Shown here piece by piece: positions 9,568-15,837 of a stretch of 25,113 nucleotides of DNA. The first letter of the stretch is position 1; each line of letters starts with the position of its first letter. The DNA is from a virus (Duplodnaviria > Caudoviricetes). The stretch lies in IMG/VR virus record IMGVR_UViG_3300020458_000016, positions 1-25,113 of that record, one strand, 5' to 3'. The notes under the pieces were generated by a model that was not told the origin of the DNA, did no database searches, and was given only the letters and a program-made list of their open reading frames with translations. A program made the position numbers and the translations under genes.

Positions 9568-9601
9568 GATAACGTCGCCTCAAATTATCGCCATTGAAAG
9601 G

Positions 9602-9653
9602 GTGCGGCATGGGAGTGGCTTGCTCCATTTTAGGCTGGGCGGCCTAGCCGCAC
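9602..9653 (-). ncRNA. Candidate structured leader RNA (three-way junction) of the HNH moron
   Basis: GTGCGGC/GCCGCAC closing stem, TAGGC/GCCTA hairpin and GGAG/CTCC hairpin; TACAAT -10 box at 9660-9665 just upstream. Confidence 0.55.
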
Positions 9654-9668
9654 AGGCTCATTGTACGA

Positions 9669-9977
9669 TTATTTCCAACTTTCCATCGCTTCCTCCATGG
9701 TCAATACTGGCTCGTCATGGTGTGGAGCCAAGCTGTAAAAACTAAAAGGCTGACTATCGCTTTTCCGATTTTGGTTAGCAAGAATAGTAGCAATCAGGGC
9801 CCCGGCCCTTTCAACGCGCATGCCAGTGTTTAAGCTGCCGCGCCTTTGTCGATACTGGGACCACAACAAAAACTCAGTATAGCTGACGCGCCGCTGGGCT
9901 TGCGCAATAGTGCATCCACCGACTCCGTTAAGTACAAGTTCGCACCAAAGCTCATCTTCAGGCGTCAGCTCTTCGTC
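9669..9977 (-). CDS. Tail assembly chaperone T segment (C-terminal part of the GT frameshift fusion, 9669-10315)
   Basis: The -1 frame after the slippery site reads DEELTPEDELWCELVLNGVGGCTIAQAQRRVSYTEFLLWSQYRQRRGSLN... and is in frame with ORF 9669..9869. Confidence 0.85.
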   Translation of the reverse strand, partial: DEELTPEDELWCELVLNGVGGCTIAQAQRRVSYTEFLLWSQYRQRRGSLNTGMRVERAGALIATILANQNRKSDSQPFSFYSLAPHHDEPVLTMEEAMESWK

Positions 9978-10315
9978 TTTTTTCCGTTAACCTCACCAAT
10001 CACCCGCAGCAATTCCATTGTGATTTCGCTGTTCAACGGGCCTCGATCAGGGTCCGCCTCGCCGGTAATGTCACCAGGCGCGAATACCTGTTTGCCTTCC
10101 TTGTCGCAGATTGCCGAAGCAATACGCCCGGCTACGGCATCAGACTTTGCATTGAGTGATTTAATGTCCGAGACAGCGCTGTAGTAAGAAAGCTTGCGCA
10201 CATATACCGTGGCAGTCTTCTCTTCATTGCCGTCTTTCTTCAGGACAATTTCTTTCTCAACAGGGGCGCCGGTAAAGGCGCCCATGTCCTTCAGTGCATC
10301 AAGGGTCAGATCCAT
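9965..10315 (-). CDS. Tail assembly chaperone G
   Basis: 116 aa after the tail tube gene; GAFTGAPVEKEI and GRIASAICDKEGKQVF motifs as in HK97-type chaperones; ends in a slippery GKK. Confidence 0.88.
   Translation of the reverse strand: MDLTLDALKDMGAFTGAPVEKEIVLKKDGNEEKTATVYVRKLSYYSAVSDIKSLNAKSDAVAGRIASAICDKEGKQVFAPGDITGEADPDRGPLNSEITMELLRVIGEVNGKKTKS
9977..9983 (-). promoter_or_regulatory. Programmed -1 ribosomal frameshift site A-AAA-AAG
   Basis: GGA AAA AAG near the end of gene G; X-XXY-YYZ heptamer at the conserved G/GT position. Confidence 0.85.
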
Positions 10316-11043
10316 TAGCTGGCAGCCTTCTTGATCCAGTTGGAGTCACCAGAACGCTGAATCGAAACCTCAGTGGTGACGACAGTGTTCTGAGCGAAGT
10401 CGAACGGGAAGTCGGAAACATAGCCCTGGAAGGTGAACCAGGTGCGGGTGTCCGGGAAAACAAACGATGGCCTGCTTTCCAGCGAGGCGGTTGCGGTTGC
10501 GCCGGTTCCCGTGCCGCTATCGTTAACGGTTACGGTCGGAGCTGCCGAGTAGCCGCTGCCCGGGTCGGTGATGGTGATCTCGGTGACTACACCGCCAACG
10601 ACAGTGGCCACACCGGTTGCGACTTTGCCGTCGGAATCCTCTGGGGCAGAGAACTCGACAGTGGTGGTGGACTCACTGTAATCCGATCCACCTTCACTTA
10701 CGGTTACAGAGTCCACGCCATAACCGAAATTGGGAACCGCTTTGCCATCGGACCAGCCAACCGCCCAGGAAATAATGGGGTTTGGATTCATCCGGGACAG
10801 ACCGTAGAGCTGCAGGTGGCTGTCATACTTCGGGTCAGCATTCAGGCCCATGGATGCCTGGCCAGGAGTGCGCAGACCGGACCGGTAAGAGCGCTCGTTA
10901 TGCTCCAGACAGGTGTCCTCGATCTGATCAGCGGGATCGCCACCCGGGGAAAAGCTGGTGGCGCATTCGATGCGGACCACTTCCGGTGTTTCACCGGTGT
11001 CGTCCAGGATGAAGATGTGCGTGCCTTGTGCCAATACAGACAT
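10315..11043 (-). CDS. Major tail (tube) protein with an internal inserted domain
   Basis: MSVLAQGT...PGGDPADQIEDTCLE...GLRTPGQAS...TWFTFQGYVSDFPFDF, HK97-type tail tube. Confidence 0.92.
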   Translation of the reverse strand: MSVLAQGTHIFILDDTGETPEVVRIECATSFSPGGDPADQIEDTCLEHNERSYRSGLRTPGQASMGLNADPKYDSHLQLYGLSRMNPNPIISWAVGWSDGKAVPNFGYGVDSVTVSEGGSDYSESTTTVEFSAPEDSDGKVATGVATVVGGVVTEITITDPGSGYSAAPTVTVNDSGTGTGATATASLESRPSFVFPDTRTWFTFQGYVSDFPFDFAQNTVVTTEVSIQRSGDSNWIKKAAS

Positions 11044-11072
11044 GTGTAAATCCTCGTGCGGGTTTCGGGCAT

Positions 11073-11097
11073 AAAAAAGCCCGCTCAGTGGCGGGCT
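11073..11097 (-). terminator. Intrinsic terminator after the KilA-N gene
   Basis: Minus strand AGCCCGC-CACTGA-GCGGGCT followed by a T-run. Confidence 0.8.
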
Positions 11098-11604
11098 TTA
11101 AACTGCGGCGTCGAGCGCCAGGTTCATTTGTAACTGTTCTCGCCAGTATTCGACTTGCTGCTGGAGTGGCTCCTTCTGGTGGCGCCACTGAGCCAGTCCG
11201 CGACCTTGCTCGCTGGCCAGCTCTTTTCGTGATTCAAGTGCGTTGTGCGCGCGCTCGTATTCCTGCAAAGCGTTGCCGCTGCCACGAAGGACTGCATCGA
11301 TATGGAGGTCGCACCAGACTGCGAACCGGATGTCGAGCCATTGCGCGAAACGGACCCCGAGCTTTGGATGCAGCCAGGTACCACCGCCACGATCCGCCCG
11401 GGCGCGGCTGGTTTTTACAAGTGACTCAGGATCACATGTAAGCGCTTCAGCCAGAGCTGCCAGATACTGCTTGGTCTCGTCTTGTTTGAGCCAGTCTGTA
11501 GGGCGTTTACCGAACTGTTTTGCCACATCAGTCGCGTTGATCCAGCCTTCGGTAGTGAAGCGAACGAACTGGCCCTGGTAATCGAAAGGAATGATGTCAG
11601 CCAT
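11098..11604 (-). CDS. KilA-N domain DNA-binding protein (moron)
   Basis: GWINATDVAKQFGKRPTDWL...GGGTWLHPKLGVRFAQWLDIRFAVWCD KilA-N signature; AGGAG SD 7 nt before ATG 11604; flanked by terminators. Confidence 0.92.
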   Translation of the reverse strand: MADIIPFDYQGQFVRFTTEGWINATDVAKQFGKRPTDWLKQDETKQYLAALAEALTCDPESLVKTSRARADRGGGTWLHPKLGVRFAQWLDIRFAVWCDLHIDAVLRGSGNALQEYERAHNALESRKELASEQGRGLAQWRHQKEPLQQQVEYWREQLQMNLALDAAV

Positions 11605-11634
11605 CACTATTCTCCTCTGCCATCTCGAATAGGA

Positions 11635-11693
11635 GGTACAGCCGGCCGGTTAGATGGCGTCGCCGGCATTCAGGAGCGACCCTAGGCTGTACC
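11635..11693 (-). ncRNA. Candidate structured leader RNA (three-way junction plus pseudoknot) of the KilA-N moron
   Basis: Perfect 9-bp GGTACAGCC/GGCTGTACC closing stem, TAGG...CCTG hairpin and GCCGG/CCGGC hairpin whose loop GCCATCT is complementary to AGATGGC at 11619-11625. Confidence 0.6.
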
Positions 11694-11699
11694 GAAACT

Positions 11700-11724
11700 A
11701 AAAACCCGGCTCGTGGCCGGGTTT
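11700..11724 (-). terminator. Intrinsic terminator after the tail terminator gene
   Basis: Minus strand AAACCCGGC-CACGA-GCCGGGTTT followed by further Ts. Confidence 0.75.
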
Positions 11725-11742
11725 CTTGAATCTGCATCTGGG

Positions 11743-12108
11743 CTATCGGTGGACGTGCCACTCGACGTCGAATCCATATCGTCTGTGACCGGTGTCGGGA
11801 TCGGTGCTCTCCCCGTTCCAGCCGACCACGTGAGCGTGGGGCTCGATCGAATCGCGCAGCGCAGCGGCTACCTGTCGGGCCTCACTGCCTCGCCCGGCGT
11901 AAACATCGATCTGGATGGTGTAGCTGTCGAGATCGGGCACCTGTCCCAGATAGTTCTCTGGCAAGCCGCTTATGGTTTGCCAAACCGCGTATGGCAGGGT
12001 GACCCCCTGCGGAGCCTGCCCAAACGGGAACAACCGCGTGGGGCCGGTGCCCAGCAGAGCGGTGACATTCGTATCTGATGCGCATACCTGGAAGATTGGC
12101 GGGGTCAC
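11743..12108 (-). CDS. Tail terminator / completion protein (DUF3168-like)
   Basis: RLFPFGQAPQGVTLPYAVWQTISG...IQIDVY motifs; neck position. Confidence 0.85.
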   Translation of the reverse strand: MTPPIFQVCASDTNVTALLGTGPTRLFPFGQAPQGVTLPYAVWQTISGLPENYLGQVPDLDSYTIQIDVYAGRGSEARQVAAALRDSIEPHAHVVGWNGESTDPDTGHRRYGFDVEWHVHR

Positions 12109-12374
12109 TGCTTGCCCTCATTCATCAAATCCGAAATAAAATCTTCAACTTCCTTGTTTTCTGGGTTGACGATGGTCACCTGGCCCTTTATTTCGTCTAG
12201 GTTTTCCACGTCTTCAACAAAGACCGACAGGCGAGCCATTACTACCCCATCAGGCATGATCTCGATATTGCAGCCAGTCACACCCTTAATTTCATGGCCG
12301 TCTTCGGTGTATATCTTTGTTCCCCGGCAGGCCTTCGGCGCTTTACCGGATGGCAAAACAATCTTGATGCTCAT
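12105..12374 (-). CDS. Hypothetical protein
   Basis: 89 aa, coupled on both sides (ATGA and GTGA overlaps). Confidence 0.75.
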   Translation of the reverse strand: MSIKIVLPSGKAPKACRGTKIYTEDGHEIKGVTGCNIEIMPDGVVMARLSVFVEDVENLDEIKGQVTIVNPENKEVEDFISDLMNEGKQ

Positions 12375-12883
12375 TTCACACCTGCCTTCTTCCGGGCTCG
12401 CCTGAGTGCTCGGTCGATACTTTTGCCGTATTCTTTGATGAACACGTCAACAGGCTCGTTTCCAACCTGGTTGATTGCCGGCCTCATGAAAGGCTGCGCG
12501 GGCGCGTTCTCCGTGCCGAACTCCACAAAGCGGAAGTAGAACGTATCGCCTCCAGGGTTCCCGCTTCCTTTGCCTTCAACCTCGCCGGAATCCTTGGCCG
12601 CACCTTTGGCCCCGCCAAGCACACCGACGCGGAAGCCAAGGTTGCCGGTTCTCTTGAACAGACGACCGCTCCATCGCTCGACGATGTTCGCCGCTATGTT
12701 CTCTGATGTTCGGGGATCATCCACCCGCTCAGCATTCTGACGGGCCTGATCCCGAATAACCTGTGCAGCCCGGCGAAGTGCGAACCGTCCGCCCTTGCGC
12801 TTCAGGTCATACTCCAGGCCATCCAGCTTTCCCAGCAATTCCGGTAACCCGGTCATCTCATAGCTAACGCCATCACGAGCCAT
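12371..12883 (-). CDS. HK97 gp10-family neck/tail component
   Basis: GGDTFYFRFVEFGTENAPAQPFMRPA motif. Confidence 0.9.
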   Translation of the reverse strand: MARDGVSYEMTGLPELLGKLDGLEYDLKRKGGRFALRRAAQVIRDQARQNAERVDDPRTSENIAANIVERWSGRLFKRTGNLGFRVGVLGGAKGAAKDSGEVEGKGSGNPGGDTFYFRFVEFGTENAPAQPFMRPAINQVGNEPVDVFIKEYGKSIDRALRRARKKAGVK

Positions 12884-13211
12884 CGTTGCTAACGCCTTCG
12901 CTGTAGGGCAGGGTCAGATGCTCCCGGCCGCTCCGATCGTCGGGCAGTACGCCTTCGATGTTGAAGATCTGGCCTTTGTGGACAATCCGCATCGTTGCAT
13001 CGATACCCGGGCGGTACCGGATCTGGAATTCACCGGTGACCTCAGATTGGCCAGCCTGGGATTGCTTGAACTCTCGGGCGCTGGAAGGCCGCTTGGCAGC
13101 CCATACAGTAGCCACGACCTCCCAGCCCGGGATCATCTCTCCGGTTTCGGGATCCTGGGTCTGGCCAGGCTTTTCGATAGTGATCCTGTGCCGAAGCTGG
13201 CCAGCTCTCAT
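12873..13211 (-). CDS. Head closure / head-tail adaptor (SPP1 gp16-like)
   Basis: MRAGQLRHRITI...W...VWA...IRYRPGIDATMRIVH motif. Confidence 0.92.
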   Translation of the reverse strand: MRAGQLRHRITIEKPGQTQDPETGEMIPGWEVVATVWAAKRPSSAREFKQSQAGQSEVTGEFQIRYRPGIDATMRIVHKGQIFNIEGVLPDDRSGREHLTLPYSEGVSNDGS

Positions 13212-13212
13212 T

Positions 13213-13572
13213 TCACTCTACCCGGTCGTATTTCTTCAGGCGGTCGTACTCGCCCTGGGTCATCGACATGGTCTCGCCGGCTCCCTTGCAAATGCCGCCT
13301 CGGCAATGGCGAGTTTTCAGCGTGGCCTCAACCATCCGCGCTGTGGTTTTTGCTGCCGGCTTTTCGTCAGGTGCGCCGTTTTCAGAGGCCTCGGGCGCTG
13401 CAGCCTCGGATTCTGGCTCTGCTGCTGGTTGAGTCTCAGGCTCAGTCTGACTTTGCTCACCACCGGCCACTTCTGGCTGGGTTTCAGCTTCAGAGGCTTC
13501 GACCTGTTCAGGATCGACTGGCTTTTGCTCTGTCGTCTGGTCCTGTTTTGTCTTGCTGGGTTTGCGTGCCAT
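13213..13572 (-). CDS. Hypothetical protein (acidic low-complexity region plus small C-terminal domain)
   Basis: 119 aa, E/A/P/Q-rich; GAGG SD upstream; lies between connector and head closure genes. Confidence 0.7.
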   Translation of the reverse strand: MARKPSKTKQDQTTEQKPVDPEQVEASEAETQPEVAGGEQSQTEPETQPAAEPESEAAAPEASENGAPDEKPAAKTTARMVEATLKTRHCRGGICKGAGETMSMTQGEYDRLKKYDRVE

Positions 13573-13585
13573 GAGCTATTCCTCG

Positions 13586-13933
13586 CTACGCGAAATGAAA
13601 GTGGCGGTACGGCGAAATCAGGGCCTCGACCGCCATTGGCAATTCAGAGGTTATGGCCCCTACAACAACGCTCTCCCGGTTGACGTACCAATGGCCGATC
13701 AGCAGAAGCATCGCGGTTGTGATGTCGTCATCCAGAACCAGGGCGTCTTCGTCGGTTACCTCACCTGTATCCGGATCCTTCGGGATCTCTGCCGCCGTCG
13801 CATATAGCGTGCGGCCGGTGTGGTTTTCGACAAGGCGCTGGGCTGCGGTTGAGTAGGTTTCGAGCAGTGTGTCGTCTTCGACAAAGTCCGGCTCGAGCCG
13901 GACGTGTTGCTTGATAATGTCCAGCTCGAGCAT
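13586..13933 (-). CDS. Head-tail connector (HK97 gp6-like)
   Basis: IKQHVRLE...DDTLL...AMLLLIGHWYVNRE motif. Confidence 0.93.
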   Translation of the reverse strand: MLELDIIKQHVRLEPDFVEDDTLLETYSTAAQRLVENHTGRTLYATAAEIPKDPDTGEVTDEDALVLDDDITTAMLLLIGHWYVNRESVVVGAITSELPMAVEALISPYRHFHFA

Positions 13934-13977
13934 ATCGGCTCCGTCAGTTCAGGGGCCGCCCAAGGCAGCCCGGTGAA

Positions 13978-15204
13978 TTAAGTGGCAGCGCCCTGCAGTG
14001 CCTTGATCGCGGCAGCGTCCTGCAGCACACAATCAAAGCGATGGAAGGCGAGGAAGCCGGTCTGGTCAAAGTCGGCGTAGCGCTCAACCAGGCGCTTCAG
14101 CACCATGTAACGAACCCGGCGAATGATGAACTGGGCGAAGTCGCCGGCGTACATGAACTTGGCGTTCACGCCGATATCGGCAATGCCCTGGTCCACAAAG
14201 TAAGGCACGTTCAGGATTGTGGCCGGAGCCGCACCGGATACCGCCGGGAGCCACAGAGGGCGGCCCTGCAAGTCTTCCATTTCCGTCATCAACTTCAGCG
14301 TGTTGTCGTTAAGACCGATGCGGAAATTCGCAGCGCGGCGGTAAGCCGGATCAATGCTGTGGATCAGTCCGTTCACTTCTTGCCAGGTGAATTCGCTGGA
14401 GCTGGCAGCAGTGGTGGTTCCAGTCACCGACGCTTGCAGGCCAGTGGGCTGTTCGGGAGTGCCAGCACCGGTACCTTGCACCAGGAACTTGGCCTCACCG
14501 CGTCCAAGACGGGAACCGATACGGCTTGCCAGGAAGCCCTGAATGTCGATGCCCGAATCGTTCAGCAGCTCGTTGGAAACGCGGATCACCTTGGAGCTGA
14601 GCTTCTTGGCGCCAAGGTTTTTGATACCGAACACCACGTCACCCTCAGATGCCTGAGAGTTCTCGCCGATCAGCTCGCCTTCTTCAGCGGTACCGTCAGA
14701 GGTGGGCCACTCCAGCGTATGACCGCTGTCAGTGGTGAGGATCTGGGCTACGCTGGCCAGACCGCCGTAGTCCTTCATCGCTTCGTGGATGCGATTCAGC
14801 ATCTCGGTTGGTACCGTGTAGCCGCCAGCAGTGTCTGGGTCGGTGGCTTGAGCACGCATCTCGCGCAAGATCTGGCGCTGCTCCGCGGACATTTCGGACA
14901 TTCCCTGACGCAGGAAACCGTCAAACGCTTGGGCACGCTGCTCATCAACGGACTGGCCACCGCGCTCTTCATTGTCCAGGTTGTCGCGGTGCTCTTCTTC
15001 GTTCTCCTCAACGAAACGCTGATCGGCATCGCGCAGGGCTTCTTCGCGCTTGATCTGCTCGTCCAGACCGTCGAGCTTCTGTTTCCAGTCGCTCCACTGG
15101 CTGCGCTGCTCGTCAGTCCAGGTGGTGTCGCCGATCTTGTCATGCAGGTTGCGCATGTTCCGGGCGAGCTCGTTGTACGCTTGCTTCAATTCATGGAGTT
15201 TCAT
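13978..15204 (-). CDS. Major capsid protein (HK97 fold, N-terminal delta scaffold domain)
   Basis: 408 aa; coiled-coil N-terminus, AGGYTVP, VSNELLNDS, GTGAGTPEQPTG and GDFAQF motifs. Confidence 0.96.
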   Translation of the reverse strand: MKLHELKQAYNELARNMRNLHDKIGDTTWTDEQRSQWSDWKQKLDGLDEQIKREEALRDADQRFVEENEEEHRDNLDNEERGGQSVDEQRAQAFDGFLRQGMSEMSAEQRQILREMRAQATDPDTAGGYTVPTEMLNRIHEAMKDYGGLASVAQILTTDSGHTLEWPTSDGTAEEGELIGENSQASEGDVVFGIKNLGAKKLSSKVIRVSNELLNDSGIDIQGFLASRIGSRLGRGEAKFLVQGTGAGTPEQPTGLQASVTGTTTAASSSEFTWQEVNGLIHSIDPAYRRAANFRIGLNDNTLKLMTEMEDLQGRPLWLPAVSGAAPATILNVPYFVDQGIADIGVNAKFMYAGDFAQFIIRRVRYMVLKRLVERYADFDQTGFLAFHRFDCVLQDAAAIKALQGAAT

Positions 15205-15234
15205 AGTGCTGTGCCCTCCGGGGCGGTAGTAGGT

Positions 15235-15837
15235 TCAGGCGTGGATGAGTTCAAGGAAGCGCTCGCGGGCGCGGCGCTGATTGATGGCACGCTGGGCGAG
15301 ACCCTTGATCTCTTCACAGCGAGCCTCGAGGGAGCGCTTTGCAGCGCCCGCATCCGGGTAAGCCGGGTAGGTCACCGGCGAGACGTCGAGCAATCGGCTG
15401 AAACGGTGGATGGTCCGCACGATCAGTCCGTCGTCGTCTTCCATCCATTCGTCACCGTCAGGCGCAACCCGGAACGCAAAGCTGGATCCGGTGATGTCAC
15501 CCCGGGTCAGCGGAGCCAACACCAGGTCCCGGACGGACTGGGTGTCTGGCGGATTGATGTCGTAACGAAGGCCCTCGGCGTCAACCGAAAGCTCCAGCGT
15601 CCCGCTGCGAGTGCGCCCCAGCACGAAGTTGGGATCGTGGTTAAACAGTGCTCGAACATCGTCGTTGAGCACATCGTCGAAGGCGCCCGGGGCGATCTCC
15701 TCTTTGAACATGCCCAGGATCATTTCACTGCGCTTATTGAAGACCGCACCATGCCCGACGATGCGGGCCGGCTGTCCTTCCTCGGTTTCTTCGGCACGCA
15801 CCTCACAAAGAAGGGCGCGCTTCTCGACTTCGCTCAT
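15235..15837 (-). CDS. Prohead maturation protease (HK97 family)
   Basis: EEIAPGAF...ALFNHD...LGRT...SSFAF...DVSPVTYPAY motifs. Confidence 0.96.
   Translation of the reverse strand: MSEVEKRALLCEVRAEETEEGQPARIVGHGAVFNKRSEMILGMFKEEIAPGAFDDVLNDDVRALFNHDPNFVLGRTRSGTLELSVDAEGLRYDINPPDTQSVRDLVLAPLTRGDITGSSFAFRVAPDGDEWMEDDDGLIVRTIHRFSRLLDVSPVTYPAYPDAGAAKRSLEARCEEIKGLAQRAINQRRARERFLELIHA

Noticed and set aside
9602-11693. Moron leaders as hammerhead, twister or HDV-like ribozymes
   Set aside because: No CUGANGA/GAAA core and no HDV-type P3/L3/P1.1 elements could be placed; kept only as unclassified structured leaders.
13953-13971. Hairpin after the capsid gene as a terminator
   Set aside because: GGGCTGCC/GGCGGCCC stem lacks a U-tract; more likely an mRNA-stabilising hairpin.
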